Shown: in pieces, positions 30,568-40,916 of the stretch
Layout of the letters: each line of letters opens with the position of its first letter
Numbering within the stretch: position 1 is the first letter of the stretch
Source of the DNA: Limnothrix sp. BL-A-16
GTDB lineage: Bacteria; Cyanobacteriota; Cyanobacteriia; CACIAM-69d
Assembly (NCBI GenBank): GCA_041937175.2
Contig: CP166615.1
Span: forward strand, 2,912,001-2,976,000
Direction of reading: 5' to 3'
Length of the DNA stretch: 64,000 nt
Translations under genes and position numbers: made by a program
The notes under the pieces: model-generated
Databases searched by the model: none
What the model was told of the DNA's origin: nothing
Seen by the model: the letters and a program-made list of their open reading frames with translations, nothing else

Positions 30568-30867
30568 CTAGTTGCTGCCCGTGAACACCAAATCGGGAAA
30601 TTTGTCTTGGGCTTCGGCCAAAGGACGCTTGCGCCCTTCTTCTTGCCAGTAGTTGATAATTTCCGTGGCGCGGTTCAACAATTCCACTCGATCGGACTCC
30701 GAAATCCAATGCTTGGATTCCAGCTCCAACTTCAGTTGCTCCCACGCATCGTTCCGCGGCCAGAAGAAATAGGCCGTCAGCGGGCTGGTTCCTTTGCCCA
30801 CAACTTGATCCACCGCCAAAGCGACGTTTTCTTCAAGCCAGAGAACCTTTAAAATAAACTTCGACAA
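30568..30867 (-). CDS. ycf65: Ribosomal protein PSRP-3/Ycf65
   Basis: FILKVLWL...[24 protein letters not shown]. Confidence 0.9.
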   Translation of the reverse strand: MSKFILKVLWLEENVALAVDQVVGKGTSPLTAYFFWPRNDAWEQLKLELESKHWISESDRVELLNRATEIINYWQEEGRKRPLAEAQDKFPDLVFTGSN

Positions 30868-31157
30868 GCTGATGCCTCCAAGATCGACTGCTACGGGTAT
30901 TTGGCAAGGGTTCGGCCAGTCGGGATCTTCAGACGAAATTTACGCGACTCCAGCGGGTCTTCAATTCGTCCAGCGGGTCTTCAATTCGTCCAGGGCGATC
31001 GCAACTGACGACAGCACAGCAGTCTATCGTACCGCAAGGGGGCGGTTGACGATCGCCTTTCCGCAATTGGTGGCGATCGGGTGAGCGTGACAGGGCCCCA
31101 AGGTTGCCATGATATGGTTGCGGCTGTTGCAGCAGGATTGCAGATTACTTCCTTGCC

Positions 31158-31952
31158 ATGACTTCCAATTCCCTCCAGGCGATCGCGGTTTTTGACATTG
31201 ATGGCGTAATTCGGGATGTGGGTCAGTCCTACCGCCGCGCTTTGGCGGACACGGTGGAAGCCTTTACCGACGGTCAATTTCGCCCAACGATGGCGGATAT
31301 CGACGCGATTAAAGCCGAAGGATCTTGGAATAACGATTGGCTGGCCTCTCAGGAATTTGTCTATCGATTTTGGGAAAATCAGGGGCGATCGCGCGGGGAA
31401 TTGGCCCTGAACTATGACGAATTAGTTTTGTTTTTCCAACGGCGCTATCGCGGCCCCAACCCCGAAGATCCCAGCAGTTGGACGGGCTACATCTGCGATG
31501 AGCCGCTGCTGGTCGATCGCGCCTATTTTGAACAGCTCACCGCGTCCCAAATTGGCTGGGGATTTTTCAGCGGTGCAACACCGGCCTCGGCAAATTTCGT
31601 GTTAACCCAGCGAGTGGGGCTAAGCGATCCGCTGTTGGTGGCCATGAACGACGCGCCGGAAAAACCCGACCCCACGGGTTTGCAAAGGGTGGTCGATCGC
31701 CTGGAACCGGCCGGGTTGCAACTGCCGGTGATTTACGCAGGCGACACGGCGGCGGACATGCAAACGGTGCTGAATGCGCGTAAAATTGCCCCCGATCGCC
31801 GTTGGATTGCGGTGGGCATTTTGCCGCCCCATGCCTTGGTGGATGCGGCCACGCGCGATCGCTACACTGCCACCTTGAAGGCCAACGGCGCGGATTTCGT
31901 GCTGTCGTCGGTTACGGAGTTAACGGGCGATCGAATTCGGGCTTGGCATTAA
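31158..31952 (+). CDS. HAD-superfamily hydrolase (TIGR01548-like)
   Basis: FDIDGVIRDV, WNNDW, KPDP and GDT motifs. Confidence 0.87.
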   Translation: MTSNSLQAIAVFDIDGVIRDVGQSYRRALADTVEAFTDGQFRPTMADIDAIKAEGSWNNDWLASQEFVYRFWENQGRSRGELALNYDELVLFFQRRYRGPNPEDPSSWTGYICDEPLLVDRAYFEQLTASQIGWGFFSGATPASANFVLTQRVGLSDPLLVAMNDAPEKPDPTGLQRVVDRLEPAGLQLPVIYAGDTAADMQTVLNARKIAPDRRWIAVGILPPHALVDAATRDRYTATLKANGADFVLSSVTELTGDRIRAWH

Positions 31953-32048
31953 CTGCGGCGGCTTCGATCTTGAACGAGGCCTTGAACTAAGCATTTGGCC
32001 CGACAATAGGGAGCAGTTCGATCGCACATTTCCCATGGCTTTGCCCCT

Positions 32049-34799
32049 ATGGCTTTGATTGATCCGGCTCCGTTGTTGGCCTTTTCGGAAGCAGCAAAAG
32101 TTTTTCAAGGCGATGAAAAAGGCGAGGCCCAAACCTTTTTGAATCGCTTTTTTGCGGCCTTTGGCTATGCGGACGCGATCGCGGCGGGGGCGGTGTTTGA
32201 AACGCGGGTGGCCAAGGGCAGTGCCAGCGGCCACACGGGCTTTGCGGATTTGGTGTGGCGATCGAGCGACAAACCGCCCCGGCCGGGGGTGCTGTTTGAA
32301 ATGAAAAAACGCGGCGAACCCCTGGAAAAACACCGTCGCCAAGCCTTCACCTATTGGGAGCGCCTGGTTCCAAACCGGCCGCGCTACGTGGTGTTGTGCA
32401 ATTTCGATTGGTTTTGGATTTACGATTTCGACACGCAAATTGATGAGCCGGTCGATCGCATTGCTTTGGCAGATTTAAGCCAGCGAGCCACCGCGTTTTC
32501 GTTCATGAAATCGAGCGAAGACAAGCCGATTTTCAAGAATAATCAACAGGAAATTACGGCGCTTGCGGCTAGGCGAATGGGAGACCTCTATCGGGATTTA
32601 GTCGATCGACTCTGCACCGGTTCTAGCGGTCTGCAACCGATTCAAGTTCAGCGATTTGTCTTGCAATGCGTGCTGGCCATGTTTGCAGAAGATCGGGGAT
32701 TATTGCCACCCGATATTTTTACCAGAACGATCTTAGATTGTTTGGACGGTGCAAGCTCTTACGATTTAATTGGGGGATTATTTTTGCAAATGAATCGTCC
32801 TGGAATTACCCGGGGAGGACGATTTAAAGGTGTTGACTATTTCAATGGTGGTCTATTTTCAGAAATCACAGAAATCGAGCTAGAAACTAAAGACTTAGAA
32901 GTTTTAGAATCCCTGGCGAGGGAAGATTGGAGCCAAGTGCGGCCGGCCATTTTTGGCAGCATCTTTGAAGGCACAGCTCAGGGTGATGAGCGGCGGACTC
33001 GTGGGATGCATTTCACATCAGAAATCGACATCATGAAAATCGTTCGCCCGACGATTTCGCACTACTGGGAAGCGAAAATTGAAGCGGCAATTACGACTCA
33101 AGATCTAGAGCGGTTACACGAAGAATTGACAACCTATCGGGTACTAGATCCGGCTTGTGGGTCGGGAAATTTTCTCTATGTAGCCTATCAGGAAATGAAG
33201 GATCTAGAGAAGATAATTCTTGACCGCATCTGTGATCTGAAACAGTCGGTGCAAATGCCAGTGAAGACGGTTAGCCCACTGCAATTTTTTGGGATGGATA
33301 TTAATTCGTTTGCAGTGCAGTTGGCGCAGGTGACGATGACGATCGCCCGAAAGGTAGCAATCGATCGGCTCCAAATCAAGGAAGAAGCCCTGCCTTTAGA
33401 CACATTAGATCAAAATATTGTGCGCCAAGATGCGCTGTTTAAGTCCTGGCCTCAAGCGGATGCGATCATCGGCAATCCACCCTTTTTAGGTGGTAAACAT
33501 CTGCGATTGAATTTGGGTGACAAATATATCGATCGAGTCTTTTCTCGGTTTCCAGAAGTCAAAGATTCCGTTGATTTTTGTAGCTATTGGTTTCGGCTAG
33601 CTCATGATGCATTGCCCGATGGCGGTCGAGCGGGATTGGTTGCTACAAACTCTATTTCCCAAGGCAAAAGCCGCGCTGCTTCATTGGACTACATTGCTCG
33701 AAATGGTGGTGTTATTCATAGTGCTGTTTCCACGCAGCCCTGGTCAGGTGAAGCGAATGTGCATGTCAGCATTGTGAATTGGGTCAAGGAGCCAGTCTTA
33801 GAACCGTATCAGCTTTCGTTGGATGAGGTGCTAGTCGAAACAATTAATACTTCACTGAAGGCAACTTTGGATGTAACCATTGCTGCTCGCTTGCAAGCGA
33901 ATTTAAATTGGTGCTTTCAAGGTGTGATTCCAGTTGGTAAAGGTTTTATTGTCACTGAGGATCAGGTTAAAGAGTGGATCAAGGCCAATCCTAAGAATGC
34001 TGAAGTTCTGAAGCTCTTTTCAATGGGAGCAAATTTAGCCAAAAATCCTCACGGAAAACCAGAGCGTTGGATTATTGATTTTAATGATCTTAGCTTAGAT
34101 ATGGCTGATCAATATTCAAAACCATTCGCTCATGTCAAACAACATGTTAAGCCGGAGCGAGATCAAAACCGTGATTTGAGAGCCAAGAAATACTGGTGGC
34201 AATTTCTACGTGCAAGACCAGAATTGAGGAAAGCAATCAGTGGATTGCAATTTTATATTGCAGTCCCACGGGTTTCCAAGTGGGCGATATTCTTACCCTG
34301 TCCGTTAGAGTGGCTGCCTGGTGATAAAAATGTTGTTATTGCAACCGATGATTTTTATGTACTAGGGATTTTACTATCTTCTTCCCATCGCCTTTGGCTA
34401 GATAGTCAAAAATCAACACTTAAAGCTGACATTGCTTACACACCTAACACCTGTTTTGAAACCTTTCCATTTCCCCAAAACCCCAGCCCAAAAATCATCA
34501 ACGACATTCGACAAATCGCCCAGGATTTGCACGATTACCGCACCCAAATCATGGAACAACGCCAATGGGGAATCACCCAACTCTATAACGGCTATTTCCA
34601 CGAACCCGCCAGCGGCCTCGCCAAACTCCACGCCAAACTTGATAAAGCCGTCCTGAAAGCCTACGGATTCAAAGCCAGCGACGACATTCTAGAAAAACTG
34701 TTGGCGCTGAATTTGGAATTAGCAGAAAAAGAACAACAAGGCGAAGCGATCGTCGGGCCCTGGGCACTCGATCGGCCCCCAGGCGATCGGTCGAATTAG
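32049..34799 (+). CDS. Second MmeI-family restriction-modification fusion
   Basis: ADL...EMK, FNGGLF, DPACGSGNF, GNPPFLG; TRD ending YTPNTCFETFPFP. Confidence 0.9.
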   Translation: MALIDPAPLLAFSEAAKVFQGDEKGEAQTFLNRFFAAFGYADAIAAGAVFETRVAKGSASGHTGFADLVWRSSDKPPRPGVLFEMKKRGEPLEKHRRQAFTYWERLVPNRPRYVVLCNFDWFWIYDFDTQIDEPVDRIALADLSQRATAFSFMKSSEDKPIFKNNQQEITALAARRMGDLYRDLVDRLCTGSSGLQPIQVQRFVLQCVLAMFAEDRGLLPPDIFTRTILDCLDGASSYDLIGGLFLQMNRPGITRGGRFKGVDYFNGGLFSEITEIELETKDLEVLESLAREDWSQVRPAIFGSIFEGTAQGDERRTRGMHFTSEIDIMKIVRPTISHYWEAKIEAAITTQDLERLHEELTTYRVLDPACGSGNFLYVAYQEMKDLEKIILDRICDLKQSVQMPVKTVSPLQFFGMDINSFAVQLAQVTMTIARKVAIDRLQIKEEALPLDTLDQNIVRQDALFKSWPQADAIIGNPPFLGGKHLRLNLGDKYIDRVFSRFPEVKDSVDFCSYWFRLAHDALPDGGRAGLVATNSISQGKSRAASLDYIARNGGVIHSAVSTQPWSGEANVHVSIVNWVKEPVLEPYQLSLDEVLVETINTSLKATLDVTIAARLQANLNWCFQGVIPVGKGFIVTEDQVKEWIKANPKNAEVLKLFSMGANLAKNPHGKPERWIIDFNDLSLDMADQYSKPFAHVKQHVKPERDQNRDLRAKKYWWQFLRARPELRKAISGLQFYIAVPRVSKWAIFLPCPLEWLPGDKNVVIATDDFYVLGILLSSSHRLWLDSQKSTLKADIAYTPNTCFETFPFPQNPSPKIINDIRQIAQDLHDYRTQIMEQRQWGITQLYNGYFHEPASGLAKLHAKLDKAVLKAYGFKASDDILEKLLALNLELAEKEQQGEAIVGPWALDRPPGDRSN

Positions 34800-34820
34800 C
34801 AATCAAAGCCAAACCGTCTC

Positions 34821-36197
34821 TTAGCTTTGTTGGGCAATCCAATCGAGACAACATTGGCGGAAATGATCGCCCCGAACTTCAAAATTCGGGAACTGGTCAA
34901 AGCTGGCACAGGCAGGCGACAACAACACGATCGGGGCCTGGTGTGCTTGGGCCAACTCAGCAGCCCGAGGCACTGCCCGATCGAGCGTTTTCACAATTTC
35001 CGTGGCCCCATAGCCAGCCGCTTGCAGATTGGCTTGGAAGGTTTCGGCCGCACTGCCAATGAGCAAAACGGCGGCGGCTCGGGACTGAATGGCCGAAATC
35101 CAGGCGCGATCGTCCCCTTCCTTGGCCTCGCCACCCGCAATCAGGATCGCCGGTTGGGCCACCGCCTTCAGCCCCACTTCAGCCGCGTCGTAATTGGTCG
35201 CTTTGCTGTCGTTGATGAAGTCGATGCCTTGCCAACTGCCCACCCGCTCCAGACGATGGGGCACACCGGGAAAGTCGCGCACCGCCTGGGCAATGGTTTC
35301 CGGGGCAATGCCAGCATAGTGGGCCGCAGCCACGGCCATCAGCAGGTTTTGTTGGTTGTGGCGGCCGGTCATGGCCAGGGCGCTCACGGGCACGATCGCT
35401 TGGCCAGCCACCACGGCCCAACCGTCTTCGACCCAAGCCCCCCGATCGGGGTTGGCGGGCAACTGGTCGCGCCCAGCCACACTCGTCCAAATCGCGTTGG
35501 GATAGGGGGCGATCGCCTGGGCCCGCAGGGCCGGATCGTCACCGTTCAAAATTTGCAGGGCCGCTCGATCGAGCAGGCTGGCTTTGATGTTGAAGTAGTT
35601 GTCTAGGCTGTAGTGGCGAGCCAGATGGTCGGGGGTGAAGGTGGTCCAAATGCCAATTTTGGGGGCCAGGCTTTGGGAGGACTCAATTTGGTAGCTGCTG
35701 ACTTCGGCAATCACCCAATCGATCGGGTCGGCTTCCGGCAGGGCCAAACCACAGGCGGCGGCTCCGATGTTGCCACAGGCGGGCGCTTGCAAGCCGGCCG
35801 CTTGGAAGATGGCAGCCGTGAGGGCGGTGGTGGTGGTTTTGCCGTTGGTGCCGGTGATGGCCACCCAAGGGGTTTGTTGCAGGTTGCGCCAAGCCAACTC
35901 CATTTCCCCGATCGTGTCGATGCCGAGCGCCCGGGCCCGGGCCACACCGGGACTATCCCAAGGCACACCGGGACTGACCACCACTAAATCCGGCCGCGGC
36001 TCGATCGGGTCGGGGTTGAAGGTGTCGCCCAATCGGACTTGGATGCCCAACTGGGTGAGCATGGCTTCGATCGGGGCCAGGCGATCGCCCGTTCCCCGAT
36101 CGCTCACGGTCACCTGCCAGCCTTGGGCCGCCAACAGTTGCGCCGCCGCCACCCCGGATTTACCCAATCCCACAATCCAAGCCGTTTGCACGCTCAA
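34821..36197 (-). CDS. murD: UDP-N-acetylmuramoyl-L-alanine--D-glutamate ligase
   Basis: [23 protein letters not shown] and LSPACASFD motifs. Confidence 0.97.
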   Translation of the reverse strand: MSVQTAWIVGLGKSGVAAAQLLAAQGWQVTVSDRGTGDRLAPIEAMLTQLGIQVRLGDTFNPDPIEPRPDLVVVSPGVPWDSPGVARARALGIDTIGEMELAWRNLQQTPWVAITGTNGKTTTTALTAAIFQAAGLQAPACGNIGAAACGLALPEADPIDWVIAEVSSYQIESSQSLAPKIGIWTTFTPDHLARHYSLDNYFNIKASLLDRAALQILNGDDPALRAQAIAPYPNAIWTSVAGRDQLPANPDRGAWVEDGWAVVAGQAIVPVSALAMTGRHNQQNLLMAVAAAHYAGIAPETIAQAVRDFPGVPHRLERVGSWQGIDFINDSKATNYDAAEVGLKAVAQPAILIAGGEAKEGDDRAWISAIQSRAAAVLLIGSAAETFQANLQAAGYGATEIVKTLDRAVPRAAELAQAHQAPIVLLSPACASFDQFPNFEVRGDHFRQCCLDWIAQQS

Positions 36198-36247
36198 CGC
36201 TCCCGTTTTGTTTCTGAACTGCTGTTTTTGAAATCAGACTCTTTTTA

Positions 36248-36333
36248 GAGGCTGTGTGAAAAGCCAACATTGCTCCGCTTTGCGCCCCGGCGATCGATAC
36301 AGACAAGGGGCTTAAGCCCCTTGCCCCCACAAC
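36248..36333. mobile_element. Truncated MITE (left end plus palindrome core)
   Basis: TTA-GAGGCTGTGTGAAAAGCCAACATTGCT...CAAGGGGCTTAAGCCCCTTG; no right TIR. Confidence 0.75.
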
Positions 36334-36335
36334 TC

Positions 36336-36830
36336 TTAGCGCTGTCGTTCCCGTTCCAAGGCATCGATCGCATCGCCCAAGGCCGTGGTCAAATCCCGTC
36401 GGGTGCGATCGTGGGCTTCCCGTTCCGCCTGGAGCTGCCGTACCAGTTGTGCCAGTTGCTCGCGCAGTTGCCGACATTCAATTTGAGCCTCGGCCAAGGT
36501 GGCCGGGGTGCTGGCGGGCAGGGCGGCCCCGGCGCTGGCAGCATCTCCCAGCGGTTCCCACCCATCCAGCACCGCATCGGGATTGCCCCGCAGCCGATCG
36601 ACTTCCCCTTGCAGCCGGGTCTGTTGTTGCTGAAACTGTTCCCGATCGGCTCGGCGCTGCTGGGCTTCCGTGGTGTAACGGGCTTGCCAAGCGTCGGCGG
36701 CCTGGTAGGCCGCATCCCGATCGCGTTTCAGGTCGGTCACCTGTTGTTTGAGGGCTTGAATTTCCCCAATCCATTGGGTGACCTGTTCGTGGGACAGGGA
36801 CTCCGCCCCATTCAGCCCTTGGTTGCTCAT
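36336..36830 (-). CDS. Hypothetical coiled-coil protein
   Basis: Heptad-rich ORF ending TTALGDAID. Confidence 0.7.
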   Translation of the reverse strand: MSNQGLNGAESLSHEQVTQWIGEIQALKQQVTDLKRDRDAAYQAADAWQARYTTEAQQRRADREQFQQQQTRLQGEVDRLRGNPDAVLDGWEPLGDAASAGAALPASTPATLAEAQIECRQLREQLAQLVRQLQAEREAHDRTRRDLTTALGDAIDALERERQR

Positions 36831-36871
36831 GGCCGATCTCCGAATGGTTGCCAACTGCTCGCGGACCATTG

Positions 36872-36946
36872 CTAATTGTTCAGCAATTAATTTTTTAGCA
36901 ACTAATTTTTCAGCAACTAATTTTTCAGCAACTAATTTTTCAGCAA
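36872..36946 (-). repeat. 15-bp tandem repeat x5 of the last codons of mltA
   Basis: TTGCTGAAAAATTAG three times plus two degenerate copies. Confidence 0.9.
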
Positions 36947-38313
36947 CAGGTAGTAGAGCCGGCCGCGCGACCCGGTGACCCCGGCGCGATTCCCGGCGAT
37001 CGGGCCCGTGCCCATGAAGTAGTCGGCTCGGCCGGGGCCAATCATGGCGCTGCCGGTGTCTTGATCCAACACAAACCGGCTGACATTGCGATTCACCACC
37101 CGTCCGTCCGCGCTGGCATAGGGCAGCGTTGTGTTGACCAAGGCCAAGGCTCCGGGGGGCATCAGGGAGCGATCGGTGGCGATCGAGCGATCGGGCGTAA
37201 CGGGTACTCCCAAGGTTCCCGTGGCCGGTGCGCCAAAGGTTTCCCGGAAGAAGATAAACCGCGTGTTGCGGGGCAAGTAGTTATCCAATTCCTGGGGATT
37301 TTGGCGGAAATAGCGAATCATCACCGGCAGGGTCAACCCTTCAAAGGGCAGCTTGCCATCTTTGGCCAGCTCGCGGCCCACGCTGGTGTAGCCATAGCCG
37401 TTGTGGTTGGCATAGCCGACGGTGATCACGTTGCCATCGGGCAATTGCAGCCGGGCCGAACCTTGGATATGCACCAAAAAGGCCTCCAGGCGATCGCTTA
37501 ACCAAGCAATTTCCTGACCGCGTAGGGGGCTGTTGGTCCCTTGGCCGTCTTTCCCTTCCAGGACTTCGCGGGTGGGCATGGGGGTGCGCCAACTGGCCAA
37601 GTCTGCCGGTTCCCGATAAATCGGATAGCGATAGGTGGCGGAGGGGGTGCGGCTGGCGCGATAAATCGGTTCGTAATAGCCCGTGAAGAACACATCACCG
37701 TTGCCATCCCGCCCGATCGATTGGTAAAGCGTAAATTCCCGATCGACCAAGGTGGCCAACTCGCGGGCCGATCGCGCCTGGGTCACCAGTTGCCGAAACC
37801 GTCGCACACTTTGCAACACCCGATCGCGCGTGATGCCTGCCACGGGATAGTTTTGGTAGGCGGTGGCGGCCGCTGGCGATTGCAAATAGCGCAAGCTGTA
37901 GTCGATCGATTGCAACAGGTTTCGGCGATCGCCCGATCGGCCGAACAGTTGCTCATCTAAGCCCAACAGACCCGCAATCGATCGCGCCTGTACCGGCCGC
38001 AGGGGAATCCGCTGTTCCGCTGGCGACAGGGGAGTTTCTCCCTGGTGCAGGGGGGCGGGGTGGGCCGAGTGGTGGACTGAGCCAGGGCCGTGGAACCACT
38101 GAAGGTTGAACCGCCCAACGCCAGAGAACCCAAAAGAGAACCCAGACTAAAAACCGCCCCCCAGTAACCCAACTTGGGAGCGGCATCATGGCCAGAACGG
38201 CGATTGGTGGCCAGGTCATCGAACTTAGCCCTTAGCTCAGATTGATCGGATTGATCGGAGCGATGGCGGAAGCGATGGCACAGGACATCTTTCAGGGAAT
38301 CTTTCAGACTCAT
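36932..38313 (-). CDS. mltA: Murein lytic transglycosylase A, apparently frameshifted near 38050-38055
   Basis: FTGYYEP, IQGS and DQDTGSAM..PGRAD in 36932..37966; the signal-peptide-like N-terminus is in the adjacent frame (ORF 37957..38313). Confidence 0.8.
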
Positions 38314-38563
38314 GGGGGTGGTTGGGGTGAAGCGGTGAGGAGCAATCGCGATCCCCGATCAGCATGGAGCGACAGCGATCAGCTCAGCGGCGATCGGATT
38401 GGGGATCGACGGACTATTGCTATCAGACTGGCGGGTGATCGCGCAAGCCCCGATCGGGGAATTGCTTCCTCGATCGCCCCACTACATCGCCACACCAGTT
38501 TTGAGACCAATGGCCGACCGCCGTTCAACCCCGATCGCCCCTGAAGCGACTGCTCAAGAAGCC

Positions 38564-38818
38564 CTAAAACGATCGATCAATGCTGGAGTTAAACACCGGT
38601 TCCACCCGGATACCTAACACCTGCGATGGCCGCACCACCATATATTCACCCTGGAGATTTTGGATCGGCACGCTAATGAAGGCCGAAGAGTCCTGCTTCG
38701 GAACCAAGTCCGTGCTGTACCACTTTTGGAAGTCTTGAATCGTGCGGAAGCGAACTTCCTCGCGGTGACCGCCCGCCAACAGGATATGCACCGCAAACTC
38801 ATCAGGTGTTCTCGGCAT
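38564..38818 (-). CDS. Conserved small hypothetical protein
   Basis: GGHREEVRF...FQKWY...GEYMVVRP; coding-like codon usage. Confidence 0.72.
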   Translation of the reverse strand: MPRTPDEFAVHILLAGGHREEVRFRTIQDFQKWYSTDLVPKQDSSAFISVPIQNLQGEYMVVRPSQVLGIRVEPVFNSSIDRSF

Positions 38819-38980
38819 CGGCCCGGGATCCTTATAACAACAACAACTGCTGCCGCAGCAAACTACCCATCAACCCACTCATCAACATTCGTTCCAAGGC
38901 AGCTTGGTTGCCAGCGGCGATCGCCCCAAACAACCAGTGCCCCGCAATCGGCCACCTTAGTCATGGAGCTTGCCCAGACT

Positions 38981-39024
38981 TTACCAAAAAAATGGGTTTA
39001 AAGCCCCGTCCTTGTGGAGCGGCT
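38981..39024 (+). mobile_element. IS200/IS605 (IS608-like) left-end remnant
   Basis: TTAC|CAAAAAAATGGGTTTAAAGCCCCGTCCTTGTGGAGCGGCT: TTAC target, AAAG at +16..+19, imperfect hairpin. Confidence 0.55.
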
Positions 39025-39166
39025 GATCGATCGAGGCGGCCCAGGCATCAGCCGAAGTATTCATAACGCAGCCTGACTCGATCGATTAGCTAAATTGTGA
39101 AATTCGTGAAATCTTAGATTGTGAGAATTAATCAAGATAATCAAAACTTGTTTTCAATGAAAAAAT

Positions 39167-39184
39167 CATAAAGACAAGCTTATG
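39167..39184. promoter_or_regulatory. Putative LysR (CmpR/CcmR-type) site upstream of cmpA
   Basis: CATAA-N8-TTATG palindrome in an AT-rich promoter region. Confidence 0.5.
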
Positions 39185-39434
39185 AAGATAATTTAGTTTT
39201 TGTTATTACCAAGCTGGTCAAGCATCTAGACTTTTTATGAAAGAACCTTTAGCATGGCTGAAGTTGCTAAAGCGGGAAGGCGCTTGACAAACGGGATTCA
39301 GCCCCCAGCCTCAAGCTCCGATTTCAATTTCCTTGGCTCTTAGCGATCGGCTTTTTCACAACTCATGACAAATTTAGCGACCCCCTGATCGCTCGGTTTG
39401 TCGTGCTCAACTTTCACTTAAGGTTGCTAGCGCC

Positions 39435-40811
39435 ATGTCTGATGAGTTCGGATTTTCGCGTCGTCGCTTTCTATTGACCGCTGGAGCCTCCGCCGCAGGC
39501 TCCATTCTTTTAAAAGGATGTTTGGGAAATCCCCCAGAACCCAGTGGCACTGCCGCGAGTCCCGCCGGAGGATCGCCCGCCAGCAGCGCCGCCAGTCCCG
39601 CAGCCCTGACCCCGGAAACCACCCCGGAAGTCACCAAAGCCAAGCTCAGTTACATCCCGATCGCCGAATCTGCCCCGCTGATCATTGCCAAGGAAAAAGG
39701 CTTTTTTGCCAAGTACGGCATGACCGAAGTGGAGGTGTCCAAGCAAGCCAACTGGGCCGCCGCTCGCGATAACGTGGTGATCGGTTCCCAAGCGGGTGGG
39801 GTTGATGGGGGACAGTGGCAAATGCCCATGCCCCACCTGATTACTGAAGGCATCATCACCAACGGCAAAAAAGTCCCCATGTACGTGTTGGCCCAACTGG
39901 TGACCAACGCCAATGGCATCGCCGTTTCTGGCAAAAATGCCGGTAAAGGATTGGGCTTAGACCTAAAGGGTGCTCAAGCCTATATCAAGGACTATGCCAA
40001 GGCCAACGGCCGCAAATTCAAAGCAGCCCACACTTTCCCCAACGTCAACCAAGATTTCTGGATTCGTTACTGGTTTGCAGCGGGTGGGATTGACCCCAAC
40101 AAAGACATCGACCTGCTCGCCGTTCCCCCGCCAGAAACCGTGCAAGGGATGCGGATCGGGACAATGGATGCCTTTAGTACCGGTGACCCTTGGCCCTATC
40201 GGATTGTGAACGACAAGATTGGGTTTATGTCCTGCTTGGTCACGGAAATGTGGCCTTACCATCCCGAAGAATATTTCGCGATGCGGGCAGATTGGGTCGA
40301 TGCCAATCCCAAGGCCACCAAAGCATTGCTGAAGGGAATCATGGAAGCCCAGCAATGGTGCGACAAGCCGGAAAACCGCGCAGAATTGGTGAAAATTGTC
40401 TCCGGTCGGAACTATTTCAACATTCCCGTCAACATTCTAGAGCCGCCTTTCTCGGGTAAATACACCATGGGAGATGGCAAGCCCGACATCAACGATTTCA
40501 ACAAGGGCCCACTCTATTGGAAAGACCCGATCGGGAGTGTTTCCTATCCCTACAAGAGCCATGATCTTTGGTTCCTCACGGAAACCATTCGTTGGGGCTT
40601 CCACAAGGACTATGGCTTCACGATCGCCAAGGCTAAGGATTTGGTTGAGCGGGTCAATCGCGACAGTATTTGGCTGGAAGCTGCGAAGGAAGCTGGCATC
40701 ACCGATGTACCCAGTAGCCCTTCCCGTGGGGTAGAAACCTTCTTCGACGGCATCAAGTTTGATCCTGAAAAGCCCGAGGACTACCTCAAGAGCTTGGCCA
40801 TTAAAGCTTAG
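39435..40811 (+). CDS. cmpA: Bicarbonate ABC transporter substrate-binding lipoprotein
   Basis: Tat/lipobox [25 protein letters not shown] is the CmpA rather than the NrtA signature. Confidence 0.9.
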   Translation: MSDEFGFSRRRFLLTAGASAAGSILLKGCLGNPPEPSGTAASPAGGSPASSAASPAALTPETTPEVTKAKLSYIPIAESAPLIIAKEKGFFAKYGMTEVEVSKQANWAAARDNVVIGSQAGGVDGGQWQMPMPHLITEGIITNGKKVPMYVLAQLVTNANGIAVSGKNAGKGLGLDLKGAQAYIKDYAKANGRKFKAAHTFPNVNQDFWIRYWFAAGGIDPNKDIDLLAVPPPETVQGMRIGTMDAFSTGDPWPYRIVNDKIGFMSCLVTEMWPYHPEEYFAMRADWVDANPKATKALLKGIMEAQQWCDKPENRAELVKIVSGRNYFNIPVNILEPPFSGKYTMGDGKPDINDFNKGPLYWKDPIGSVSYPYKSHDLWFLTETIRWGFHKDYGFTIAKAKDLVERVNRDSIWLEAAKEAGITDVPSSPSRGVETFFDGIKFDPEKPEDYLKSLAIKA

Positions 40812-40916
40812 GAGTTCGCCCTCAAGGAACTGATTCCTTCAGGATGGCTCACACACCCAATTGGTTGAATTTCGCTTCATTCAACTTCTTTTTGCGACTT
40901 TCGAGAGAACATCACC

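Noticed and set aside
7136..34799. Invertible RM shufflon between the two oppositely oriented RM genes
   Set aside because: No recombinase, no long identical inverted repeats noticed, and core genes lie between them
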